In this document: piece after piece, positions 35,774 to 48,630 of the stretch
Layout: each line of letters opens with the position of its first letter
How positions within the stretch are numbered: the first letter of the stretch is position 1
DNA from: Zancudomyces culisetae HAW-14-8
Lineage: Eukaryota > Fungi > Kickxellomycota
DNA: 64,000 bases
Assembly: GCA_052426225.1 (NCBI GenBank)
Contig: JBNJNM010000012.1
Location: 992,001-1,056,000 of the forward strand
Reading direction: 5' to 3'
Translations under genes and position numbers: made by a program
Notes under the pieces: model-generated
The model's database searches: none
The model's input: the letters and a program-made list of their open reading frames with translations, nothing else
What the model was told of the DNA's origin: nothing

Positions 35774-36931
35774 ATGACACAAGAGGAACCAAGTACGCAA
35801 AAACTGGATACTAGACATCCACTATACCTTGGGCATTGGACACGATCAATTCCAGGAATAGATAAAGATACACGGATTGACAAATGTGACGAGCCTCATT
35901 TAAAAAGAAAAGCGACCATTATGCAAAAATACCCAGAAATAATCAACTACTCGGGCTACGACATCATAACGCTTTACATTACCCTCGCGGCGGTCAGTGC
36001 GCAGATTTTATCTGCCTACTACTTTGGCAACATATTTTCAGGCTCCAATCTCATGTTTGTGTTCTTTAGCTATGCTATCGGAGCAACAATATCTGCAATG
36101 TTTTCAGGTATATTTCACGAGGTTTCCCATAACGCAGTTCTGGAAACAATTTTGCAGAATAGGTTTGTGGGATTGCTAGCAAATATACCAATGCTGGTTC
36201 CCATCGGAATGTCATTTAAAAGATACCACTTGGAGCACCACTCCTACCAGGGCGTACGAGGCTATGATCCGGATCTTCCTATGGAATGGGAAGTAAAATT
36301 AATCCATAATAATCCACTCAGCAAGGTACTCTGGCTTATGATGTACAGTGTTATGTACGTGGTAAGAGGTCTTGCTCTTAATAAACCTATGAGAAAATGG
36401 GAAGCCATAAATATTGTCTGGACAATTATGTGCGATGTTGCGTTATACTTTGTGGTGGGGCCAAAGGGAATGTTGTATCTCCTACTTTCAGTGTTTTTTG
36501 GATATGGTCTCCACTATGGTGCCGCACACTTCATTCAGGAGCATTATACCTTTGCTGATGGACAAGAAACTTACGATTACTATGGATCTGGAAACCTGCT
36601 TTATATGAATATTGGCTATCACAACGAACATCACGATTTTCTCAGCGTTCCTTGGACTAAGCTTCCTGCTGTAAAGAATATGGCTGATGAGTTTTATTCC
36701 AGCTTGAACTACCATACCTCCTGGTGGAAAGTTATCTACATGTTTATCACATGCAGTATTCTGGCCCCCCAAAGTCGAGTTGAACGAAATTATGATGATT
36801 TTATCGCGTATCGAAAGAAATTCAAAATCAACCCTGAACCGGTTCCTGATAACCTAAAACCTGGTGTTGATCTTAGTACCATTAAAGAAAAACTGGATAA
36901 TGAATACAGGAAACTTATGTCGAATAATTAA
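35774..36931 (+). CDS. DES1: Sphingolipid delta-4 desaturase
   Basis: His boxes HEVSH, HLEHH, HNEHH; EPHLKRKATIMQKYPEI N-terminal motif; DPDLP. Confidence 0.92.
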   Translation: MTQEEPSTQKLDTRHPLYLGHWTRSIPGIDKDTRIDKCDEPHLKRKATIMQKYPEIINYSGYDIITLYITLAAVSAQILSAYYFGNIFSGSNLMFVFFSYAIGATISAMFSGIFHEVSHNAVLETILQNRFVGLLANIPMLVPIGMSFKRYHLEHHSYQGVRGYDPDLPMEWEVKLIHNNPLSKVLWLMMYSVMYVVRGLALNKPMRKWEAINIVWTIMCDVALYFVVGPKGMLYLLLSVFFGYGLHYGAAHFIQEHYTFADGQETYDYYGSGNLLYMNIGYHNEHHDFLSVPWTKLPAVKNMADEFYSSLNYHTSWWKVIYMFITCSILAPQSRVERNYDDFIAYRKKFKINPEPVPDNLKPGVDLSTIKEKLDNEYRKLMSNN

Positions 36932-38081
36932 GTATCATTCCAATCATCCCTTACCTTCCCCTCTTCTCCTTTCTTTTTGTACCTTTACTTTTATTCACTC
37001 AAGTTCTTATTACCATAAACCAGGAAACACAGTTCGACCGACATCTAGATTGATTTAGCTGGCCCGCGTTGTCATTTTATTTAATCCTTTCTTTTTCTTT
37101 TTCTTTGTTCTTTTTTTGTTTAAACTAATTATGGCAATAAAAAAAATATATTAAGGTGTACAACAACTAGAAAAGGGAAAAGCGCTCTCTAGTTCTATGT
37201 AGTTAGAACTTTTCTTAATTCCCTTCCAAAGTGCGGGTTGTGTGTTCTACCAAGTTCAGTTAAAGCCCAATAGTTATCAAAGGGGTAAAAATGATATGTC
37301 ATTGCGTACTGTTCATCGCTGTACATCCTCACCTGTGCTTATGTAAACTATCTCCGAAAATGGTCAAAAATCAACCGTTTTTCTGTTATTATACCAATTA
37401 TATACCCTATCTTTAATGTAAGCACAGTCCAAGAACAGACTACTTCGAAAGGTGCATATGACATAAACCATTTATATATCTATTTTTTTTTAGCTTGTGC
37501 GCTCCTCTGCTGTGAAATGACTTATCCCTTCACATTTTATCTGTAGAACCCAACTAGCTTTATTCGCCAGAACATTTAATTCCCGTGCTCCTTGTCGTTT
37601 ATTATTCCAAATACATGCAGCAACAGATTCTATATTACCTCAATACAGACGAAAACTGACACCATAACACAAATGTAAACATCTTAAGGCTGAGCATACT
37701 TTGAATGATATCACCAAGCATTAACTAGTTATTTTCAGAATTAACCCGTCAAACTTTGTCATGTATACAATAAACAACCAACAAATATTACAAAAACAAT
37801 ATAGATAAAATACATTCCAAAGTAATAAAAAAAATACCCATAACATCCCGATAATCAAGTATGGTTAATACCACTTTAGCATACAAATCCCGGTACATCT
37901 TGCGTCAGACGGGTCGTATAAAAGAATGACATTACTGAAAAAAGGTAAATATGTTTTATGAAGGATGAGTAAGACTTTGGCTCAAACTCGTTTTCAAACA
38001 CAAAATGCGGGTCAACCCACAAATATAAAGTGAGCAATGTCAAGTTCCAGCAAATGCCGGCAAACAAGCCTCCTCGATGGT

Positions 38082-39775
38082 TTATGACCGAAATATTTTA
38101 AAATAATCGGATTTTTTAGCCCGTGAACCACAGCAGAAACATTTCGTAGAGGAACCACCAATACCATCAAAACAGGGAGAGCAGATCGGATGACCACATT
38201 TGGATAGCATAATATCGGTAGTGTTCAAAAACGGTGCATCACAACCACAACAGACCATTACCAATTCCGCCGACTCACCAGAGTTGGATGGTTCGTTGGA
38301 TTCGTAAAAATCGCTGCAATTTCGAAGAGGCACATTCCGAGAATAATCTCCCAGGCTCGCGATTCTGGCCTCTCTCTGTGTGATGCGGCGCTTTTTTATT
38401 GGATTGTCACGTATGTTGGTTGTTGGCTCAGAGTCATATATATCAAACAGGATGGACGGATCAAAGTGTTCAGTAACGTCTATATCGAATTCTGAACCAT
38501 CGATGGTATTCGCCGAGTTTAGTCGCCTTTCTATTTGATGCACTACATAGTCAAGATATTGCAGTCCACCCTGAAATATGGGTCTAAAATTGTTAAATAT
38601 TCTGTATATCCCATTGTCACTAAATTCACGCAACTCGTCTCGAGATACAGACCCCACTATCATTTCGGGTTCTGGAGAATTTAACCCTGGAAAGTCATCT
38701 GACAAAACATCCTCAACTACAATACCTCCAATTGTAGGCAGCTGATAATTGTCTGATGTCATAGAATCCAGGTTCCTATTCTCGGTCCCTTCCGTTAGCC
38801 TTCTACCTGCTCCGACCCGATTCCTGGTATTTGCTATAGCTGGTGATGTATTCGATGCTTCACGGACCATTCTACTATTTGGTTCCCAACCATCTGGCAG
38901 CGTATAGTTATCAACATCTAGGAGATCGGTACTCGTTGTACGGTGGCTACTATTGGTTGATTGATCTCTATTTGTATCAATTGGAATTCCTACACTCCCA
39001 GAACGCGTTTGAATTCCAGAACTTCTCGTTTCCGCGGCTCTCCTGCGCAGCCTGTCTCGAAGAGATCGTCCCGTTCTCGAAGAGTGGTTTGTGGTAACAG
39101 TCATATACCTCTGGGTCAGATCAAATGGAATCAAGTCCATGTTTAATGCCTGGATTCGCTCTTGCAAGCGGCGTCTACGATTTGATACGCTATCATCCCC
39201 TTCAGTGATGGAAATAGTAGTTCCTCCTCTAAGCAAGTTTTCAACATTTGTTCTTGAGTTTCTCGATGTGGGTCGAGCTGTTTGTTCAGTTTCGGATCTC
39301 CAATTTTCTAGATCTATTAAATTTTATATTGTTCAAACAATATAATAATGTAAGTAAGGTTGACACCACCGCCAGTATAGAAATATAATAGAAATAAAAA
39401 TTGAGATCTACACTTACCAATGACATTTGAATTGTAATTTGAAACCCTAGAGCGTTTCCGATTATTTACTCGTGTACAACCCCTTTCAAGGGCCATTGCG
39501 TCACTACCATTCACACCTAGTTCTACATTTCTGGAACTACTAGGACCGCAATCGGCTTGGTCGTTATCACATAGATCAACAAATAGAGCTGAATTGTGGG
39601 CTGAATTGTGGGCTGAATGTGGTGATACCCCCTTTACCGTGCTAGTGCTTTGATCCTGCTCTTCGTCTTCGTCACTTTCTATAATCAGCACTTCAAGGCC
39701 CCCATGTTGAGAATCAACGTTTGGCTGTCCTAATAAATGTGAAGAGTCTAGCGGCTCCATCAATGTTCGATCCAT
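38082..39775 (-). CDS. SIM-containing C-terminal RING protein (SUMO-targeted ubiquitin ligase-like), 2 exons
   Basis: Intron ~39417-39314 joins the two ORFs (VIDLEN); SIM-like VLIIESDEDE and LFVDLCD; RING CCGC...CGHPICSPC...CFCC. Confidence 0.7.
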
Positions 39776-40315
39776 TTTCTCTATATTTGTTTAAATATCC
39801 TGGTCTAATTATTGAAAGATGCAAAACAAATTCTTTGCTTTATTTATCTAGCTTATAAACAAAAAAAAAATATTAATACAACTAACAAGCAAAGTATTGT
39901 GTTTTTGTGGTGAAAATCTTTGGGGGTAAGGATAGCAGATTTTATGTAACTGTCCGCGCAGAACAATGTTTCTAGAGAAATTCTAATTTCATTTGCCATT
40001 AGCAGTTTCTGCTAAATAAAAATCCTGAAAACATTGAATGCAAACAAAGTACAGTGAAAAATATTTAGATTAAACTCTCCTCCTCAAACCGAAATACCAG
40101 AGGTTAACAATATTAGTAGAACGGTATAGAGTATTAGATCAAACGTTGTGAATAATAGTACTAGGTAATTCTTTATTTACATTAAGAATACGTTTAGCAT
40201 GTCTAATAGTGTGTGGGGAAGAGGGGAATACTAAAGTGGTAGCTACACCAAATACAAGTAAGTGAAGAGCAAAGGCGGGCAAGAACAGCATGAAAATAGC
40301 AGTTGATGAAAAGGA

Positions 40316-42137
40316 TCAGTTTTTGACCATAGTATAAGAGATAGAGAAGCACTGAATACCTATAAAGGTGCAAAGAATATCAATAACTAGCGTGGCCCAA
40401 TGGATATAGGCAAAGGCAACAAAGACGAAAGAAGCCCACAGAAATACTAGTTCACTAGTGGGTGTGAACAAATTCAAGCACGAGAATACTGCACCAATTA
40501 TTATAGGAACCATCTGAACAGTAAAGTATGGAAAACCTGTCTTGGTCAAATGCGCCAAAATGATTTTGGTTGTCATTCTTCCAAAAACTATACCAGTGGT
40601 CAGGATAAAGAGGACGATATGGTTATCTGGAAGAATAATTTTTGACGAGAGTCCCCATACACTGCAAGAAAAGGCAAATAAAAAAAATGGAATTGTTTCT
40701 GGAAGTGTGCTGTAAAAGTCTTTTCCTTTTTCTTCACAAGCTTCGTATACGTGTTTAACACTATTATTTACAGTAAATTGATCAGTTGAATACCGTAACG
40801 TAGTAAGAGAATGAAATAGTATTCTTACCAAATGAGAACATGTAAAAAGAATGCAAGAACTGCCAAGGACACCAAAACAAAGGTAGCAATCGACATGTCT
40901 TCTGATATAGATGATCCTATAATTGGAATGATTTTGTGTGCTGGAACATGCCAAATTTCAGGACCTAGTTGATAAAGTGCAAACAACCATTTTATATTAT
41001 ATTTGATTTCTTTTTCTTTTAATAAGACTCACAAACAATAGAAAACAAAACGGAAAACAAAACTTTTGTCCTTACCATAAATCCCAGACAGAAAACATGC
41101 TATGCAGCTAAGTATTATCCCCTCTGTAGGCCCATTAAAATACCCCAAGTAAAGTGTCCCAGTATGATACTCCTCCCATGTCGAAAAATAAAACATAAAT
41201 GTCGCTATAGAGATTAATAAAAATGTTTAGCTAACTTTTTTTTTAAGAATTTTACATAGATATTCGACAAAAACAAAAGAGAAAGGTAAAAGCCTTTCAC
41301 TTACTGAATAGGGGAGCTAAGAGTGTAGTCTTTGTACTTCCAATTCCAAGTGCAGCGGCTTGAATAACTGATGCAATCTAGTTTCATATAGCTTTGAATA
41401 GATTATCCATAATTCCTTTGTAGATACCAACCACAAGATCCGAAAGCTTATAGTTTTTAATTAGCAATACTTAAAAGCAAAACCAAACAAAACCAAGCCA
41501 AACAAGATAAAATAAAATACAAAAGCGAGTAAAAAACTTACTGAGCAATTCAACGCATCACAGCCGTGATCAAACAATTCTCCTAGAGGAGAAGATGAGT
41601 TTGTCCTACGAGCTTGCCGTCCGTCAACATTATCAAATGTTGAATAAAGCCATATACTCAGACCGAATCTAATGTGTTATCTTAATAATTGAGTATATGA
41701 GTTCAAATCAAAATAACCATATGTGTTCAGCATTAAGATTGGATGCTTACGAAAAGTATAGCCATGTAGGCCCTGGGCCCTCGAGGTCCGGCATCAGCAG
41801 CAAAACTAATAGTACGTTTGCCACCTCAAAGCATAGTCCAATCAACGTTATCAGATTTGGCCTATTTTTCATTTACAGTTTTTTTTTAGCATTATTCATT
41901 TGGTGACAGTCAAATTATATTGTGCAATCAGCAAGCAACAAAGGTTAAAACTATTACTTACGCCATCCATAAAGGAAACAATCCGACAGCCCAGTCCCAG
42001 TAATGTCTTAAAATATATTTGGAAACTGGAGATTTATCCACCGAACTATATTTGTAAAGCTTCAAGTTGTTGAGACTTTTCTCCTCTACATACTCTTCCC
42101 CTGTAGGTAAAAATCTTTGTATAACACCCAGCACCAT
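40316..42137 (-). CDS. Choline/ethanolamine phosphotransferase (CDP-alcohol phosphatidyltransferase), multi-exon
   Basis: [26 protein letters not shown] motif; [36 protein letters not shown]. Confidence 0.92.
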
Positions 42138-43143
42138 TTCGTTCTAGTAATCCTGTAGAATTCTCAATTTATCCGTTATCGATAGTTAGATTTTTAGCTT
42201 TTGTTTAGCACTGATTAATTATTGTGTGTTGGTTGGTTTCGCTGAAAAAATAAAACCAAATGTGCTACGAGGTATCTACAATTGAATGTGGTAATATGGT
42301 TCAAGTAAAGCTTTTATTTGTTCTAGTAAGACAATAGAGTTTTTTTGGAAATAAAGTCAAAAAACACAGCTGGTAAAGAAACATCAAGTATTTAACCATC
42401 AATCACATACATTGTTATCGAATTAAAGAGCAAAGAGACGAAAAAATTTTATATTTATCCCGAAAGTATTATCTAACATTACATTGTGCTTTTTTTTCAC
42501 TTGGTTTATCAGCTTTGGTTAGCAATTCGCTTTGGGAGGCGTGACTTTCTTGCTACTGGTTATGCCAATTTCACATGGAATTTTCCGGGCTTAAGCTCGC
42601 TTTATAATTATTTTTTCTCTTTGTTGTTGATCACAAATGGATAGTACAGGTATGAAAGAGATTAAACTCCATTGTTTGGATTTTCTGAAATTTTACTTCG
42701 ATTTTATGAATTTTGATTTGCTATTAAACTTCAAAACAAAAGCAATTCCATCTTGGCTGTGTTTCCCTGTGAGTGTAAACAAAAAAAGTAAATGGGTGAG
42801 CAAATTAGTTACACAAACACAAACACGGAAATAAACACCAATACAAACACAACCACAAACACAACCATACCACTACTCTACTAGCAAAAGCAAACAAAAA
42901 ATATTGATTGATTAAGCCACTACCAAGCATATCCAGGACAAGTTGTTTGAATATTAAAGTATAAGCTCTTGGAAAGAGAACCAAATATCTTTAAAGTTGG
43001 TGAAGACAAGTGGTATGGAGGTTACAATAAACCGAGAAATGTGCCAGAAAACTACTATTGCAAAGAGCAGTGGGTAAGGAAACAAATACAATGGGGTTTA
43101 TTAAAATACCAAAAGGTGTGTATAGATAGTGAAGGTGAATAGT

Positions 43144-45339
43144 CTATTTGTTTAATGAATTGTAAATCAGTATAAGAAATGCCAGTGTCCCCTCACCAAG
43201 CACAAAGCCAGATGCAACAACTATTGCATCTGTAGATCTATCACTTTTTTGGGCGGAAGAACTTCCATACCAGCTTATATAATATTCGGATACCAGAGCA
43301 CCAATAAACCTTGCAAGGGTAAAGTTTGGAGTGTTATAGATTCCAATTGCGAACGCAATCCCATTGGGCAAAAAAAGGCGCGACCCCGGAGATAGAAAGT
43401 GCGTGATCTTCTCGACAATAATGAAAGCACTGAAAAGAACGCCAAAAAACACAGAGGCTGGATAAACATTTTTCGGTAGATCATGCCCATTAACAAGCCT
43501 TGCCATATCAATCCAAACTTGCGCAGTTGGTGCCGGAAACTCATTACCCGGAATTTTGTACAACGAATTGTATAATATGAAAGCCCACGAGGATATCACA
43601 ACGCTTACTACCGAACCAATTATCTGGGCATAAAATTGCGCCTTGGGAGAAGCAGCCAGCAAATGACCAGTTTTCAAATCCTGCATCAAATCGCCTGTTT
43701 GCATAGCCCCAGCCTCCGATATTGCACCACCTACCAGATTGGCTAGAATGTTATTTGGTGTCAACGCGGCAAATGCTATCTGTGCAATCTTTGAAATGCC
43801 ACTGACTGGATTCAAGTCGGTCTTTCCTAGCGCTCTAACACTCAGAACGGCTAGTATGCATGCTATCAACACACCAACAACAGTTGTTTTTAGAGTTATT
43901 GAAAATAAATACTCCATAGCAAATGCACATAAAAGTGTACTGATACCCAAACCAACCCACGCCACTCGCATGCTGACTAGATGGTCCTTTGGCGCATCGT
44001 CTTCCAATGCTTTTCTTGCATCCGCATTGGTATCAATGCTTGAATATCCCGCCCCGGAACTCTCACCTCTGTCGCCGCTTTCTAGCAGCTGCGTCGTCTC
44101 GTTCAAACCCGAATAAGTCAGGTATTTTTTGATAACAGCAAACACTTCTTCACTTACCATAATGATTAGTGATGTAAAACTCTCCCCAATCATAATTGCA
44201 AGAGATATCCAAAGAATCCACCCACGGCTACCAGTAGCCCAATCGTCAACAGGTCCGGGTGCCCATCCAAATGTCTTTGCTATAGGAGAAAGTATACCCC
44301 ACCCAACAATTGCACCTGAAAGCATGCTCACTGTGGTGGGTAAACCCATTATTACCCCTTGTCCAGCAAATGAAGGTGAGGGTGTTAGATTCCATAACCA
44401 AGTCGAGGATAAATAAGATCCAAAAATAGGAATGGATTTGAGAGGTGGGTATATATGGGCAATTATTGTGTATACCGCTGAGATAGAAAATGAAAGTAAT
44501 AATAGTTTTATTTTGCGCTGCCAGTTCTCAGCCAAACTAGATACTTTGTTTTGATCAGAGTTTTCAGATGGTAGGTCCGCAATATCGAGCTCACGCCCAT
44601 TTTTAGCTGTACTCGTACCAGGAGCAAGCGTAGTGAGATCTTGCCTTGTTGGGCGTTGACCACTGTGTGCTTCCTGTTGGATAATAGCAATCCGCTCAGC
44701 CATCTCTTTGTCTTTGTGAAGTACCGAAATCATCTGGGCAGTAGCTGTTCCCGAGGGAAACTTCAACTTTTCCTTTATAATACTTTGTTTCCGTAGTGGG
44801 ATTGCAAAAAACACGCCAAAGAGAGTCAGGCCAAAACCCCAAATCATCAGGTTATAAAACCCCATGTTACCCAGAATATCCTTGCCCTTACGCTCCTCAT
44901 CTGTAAGCATTCCAAATGCGGGTAAAACACCCACATACCCCCCTGCCAGGGGCATTGTGGCGGTAGCTACAGCAACTGTTTGCAACAGTACGTTTTCTTG
45001 GATCGAAAATGTTTTCGACAACAAGGGCTCGAGTCCCTTGAACACTGCGTACCCGACTAGTGAGGATTGGAGAGACATCATACTAATCCATCCAGTCTGC
45101 AGTCCAAAATACATGTTTGAGAAACATAGTAGTGAACCTATTAGAAGCCCTACAAGCACTGCACGCCACTTTGAGTGGATAAAATAAATTTGGTTTAGTG
45201 CTTTGAGAAATAGCTGAAAAGATATAAAAAGAAGATATGAATAGATTAAATATAGCCACTATGCGGATGAAAAACAAGTACATACTGTAAAATGAGACTG
45301 TTCCTTAGTTTTTGCGGTTGTTGTGTTCAGAGTTTCCAT
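43144..45339 (-). CDS. OPT-superfamily (YSL-like) oligopeptide transporter, 2 exons
   Basis: NMYFGLQTGW, ENVLLQT, KFPSGTATA, DLMQDLKTGHL; short first exon with intron 45285-45169. Confidence 0.92.
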
Positions 45340-46542
45340 TTACGCTTTATTTGAATATTTTATATTCGTACTCGATTCCCTATCTGAGTTGTCTCTTGTT
45401 GTTGTTTTTTTAAAAAGTTTAAAAGTCTAAAAGTTGAAATATTCTTATATATTAATGACTGTTGATGTGACGAATTTAAGTATCAGCTTTTGTATACGTC
45501 TGTTTTTGATAGTTTTAAATACGTAGTTTTAAGAGCTATATGAAACCTATAAGTATGGGTAGGTGTGGTATAAACCATACTATTTTTTCAAGATTTAAAT
45601 ATTTCAATATGTCGCAATGAATGCTAAGATTTAAATATGTATAAACTCTAGAAGTATCTAGGTAGAAATGGGTCTGTATATATATAAAGTGTGTAATGGA
45701 TCAGTGCCATACTATCAGTAAAATCTATTGTTTGAGGTAAAAGTAGTTTTTAGGTATTGTTTTTGTAACTTGATTATTAATCAAAAAAAAATGTTTTCAG
45801 TTTTCAAGAATGTACTATATAAACCTGAGAGAAAAAAAATGTTAAACCAACCAATCGAGCATTAAATCTCAAATTTTCGGGAGAAACAATCGAATAACAC
45901 CAAAATAAAGTTTGAGTTAAAAAAAGAGGGGGAGAAGCTAATTCACATGAGAAATGAGGGATTAAATGCAAACAAGCCTCAAATCATTTTGGAGAGTCAT
46001 AATCAACAAAATTGAAGGGAAAGGATAAATATTGAAATATTAAGTGCGACAACAATATCGGACATATCAAATAGAAAAAAAAAGCCAACTAGATCTTAGC
46101 TAATGCATAAGGTCAGACAATCCACACAACTTTGCAATATATCAAGTCTTACGAACAGTCACAAATGGATGATCCTTTCAAATTTAATTTATGTGACAAT
46201 ATCCTATATTCCAAAATTCATATTTTGCACTTGAAATATCCAGGTGTACATTTGAAAAGATTATGAAAAAATTATGAAAAAAAATGGAAAAAAAAAACTG
46301 AGCTACCCAATTAAAGCAGCGATCATAATAGTAGAAAAAATCTGCAAATCAAAGTCAACTCAATAATATATAAAAATATAAATAAATGTATGGGTAGATA
46401 CAAGCAAAATTAGATCATTTCGTAGAATAGAATTGTATTATAGAAAAGAAAGGAGCGTTAGGCGGTCACAATCTTGTAAAAAAAGCGAATATAGAAACAG
46501 TAAAAGGCAAGAATCTGGGAGAAAATCAACATAATATTGTAA

Positions 46543-48555
46543 ATGAGCGGCAATTATCTGGACATTGATTACAAACGCAATGAAACCAAATATATTGAAT
46601 CGCTTATCTACGCACTGGTAGAACGAGGAGAATATCAAGAGGCACGAAACTTGGTGGAGACGCAGTTTTTTAATCCGGGTTTGGGACTAGAAAAGTTGTG
46701 GAAGCTGGGGTATGCCATAGTTAAACAACCTGATGAATTGAATATTCGGTGTCAAAAGTATTTACAAAAAGTGCTGGAGTGTGGTGTATTCAATGTAATG
46801 TGAATGAATTTCTTGTGTTTTTTGTTTTTTTTTAACTGAAATGTAGTATTGTTTACATTGTAAACAGATGTTAGAAAAAATATCGAATACATGCGAGAAA
46901 TCCAAAGTAAGAAAAAAATAATCAAAAAAACAAAATATAACCAATAATTACAATAACAATAGAAAGTACAGGTGATCAAGGAATTGGCCTTTTATAAAAT
47001 CAAAACAAACAGTATCAAAGAGGCACAGCTATTGATTGAGAGTTATCTAGCTGTTCCCAAGTACTTGAGAAATAAAGAGTTGCATGGATACAATGGAATG
47101 TTGATTTTGGCATTAAGGGAGATGGAAGTTTTACGAGAAACCAATAGAGGAGGAAAAGGCCAGGACGTAATTTCACGGGTTGTACAGGATATGGATAAGA
47201 CGACTGAACATAGTAGAGGACAAAGCAAGCGTGGAGTAGGTGAAAGTGGAGTGCTGAGGCCAGGAAACTTTGATGAAAAACAATTGATACACAGGTTGCG
47301 AGGGCATAAAAAGGGAATTCTTACATCAGTAAAAGACAAAAAAGAGTATACAACGGAGCATAAATTAATAATAGCGATAAGGCATTTAAGAGAGGCAGTA
47401 TCGGCTGGGGGAGATAAAAAAATTGTACGGAAAAGACGGCGTGTTGGTGATAACAGTTATGGGTATAGCTACGACTATAGCGAGGGTGTTGAGGGAGAAA
47501 ATAGGGATGATGATGGAAGGTTTTATTATTACTACCTGTTTATGGCATATTTGGCGATGGAGGATTACGACTCGATAGTACAAGAGGGGATAAAAGTTTG
47601 CAAAAAAGCAAACGAACAGCAACAACATATATGGGAGGCAGGGTTGGTAGGTATGGATGATGAGGTACCGCTTTACAAGTTGAAATATGCAGCGATAGTT
47701 ATAGTAACTGGGATGGTGAAAGCAGATGAGGAAAAGAAAGAGAAAATGTACCAGGAATGTTTATACGAATACCTCAAAAGAGACAAATATGCGGATTTTA
47801 TGACGTATGTGTTACCATACATGAAAATGGGGACACAAAAGCAAGAGGATATCAAAGATGAGGAAGAAGACAGTGATTATAATGTTAGTAAGAGAATAAC
47901 TAGACAAGCAACAAGAGCTAAAGAAAGAGGGGTGGATAATGATGGAAAGCCGTTGGTAGGGAGGGTGGGTAAAGTTGGTAAATATGACGTTATAAGAAAG
48001 CTAGAAATTATGGCAACACAAATAGATCTGCGGTTGATAAGATGGGGAAGAAGGATAGTAGAAGAATACGAGTTTTGGAAGCATATGTATTTGCTAATAC
48101 ACAGTATAAAAAGTAATCGGCGGAGAAAGGTGATGCAGACAGTGTTTGGAGAGCGCCAACGGTGGTACAAATACAATTTTCCAGAATTGTATGAGTATTC
48201 TACGTTTGAACAAGATCAGAATTTAGGTAAGCCGCGAAAGGAGAAGGAGATTGCTGAGGATGGAATTGAGACGGGTAGAATTGTAGAAAAAAGCAAGGAA
48301 GAAAAAGAAAAAGAAAAAGAAAAAGAAAAAGAGAAAGAAAAAAAGGAAGGAGGAGAGAGAAATAGTGATGATGATATGGATGGAGATGAGGATGGGCATG
48401 AGGATGAGGATGAGGTTAAGCCATGTATCAAACAAAGGAGTGGAAAAACTGGTGCCAAGGAACGGATAGTCACTAATATGAAAAGAATGACACGATTTTA
48501 CAAGATACAAAGCTGTAAAGAAATATTTTACGAAACCAACCATTATAAAGAATAG
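46543..48555 (+). CDS. Helical-repeat protein, possibly Rrn11/TAF1A-like Pol I core-factor subunit, 2 exons
   Basis: Exon 46543-~46794 plus 46972-48555; EAQLLIESYLAVPKYLRNKELHGYNG resembles my recollection of Rrn11-type motifs; unverified. Confidence 0.45.
48300..48342 (+). repeat. (GAAAAA)n coding microsatellite (EK repeat)
   Basis: Directly visible. Confidence 0.8.
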
Positions 48556-48630
48556 AGAAAAAGAATAAAATAACATAATAGGAATAATAATAGGAAAAGG
48601 AAGAAAAAAGAGGGGGGAAAAAAAAGAAGA

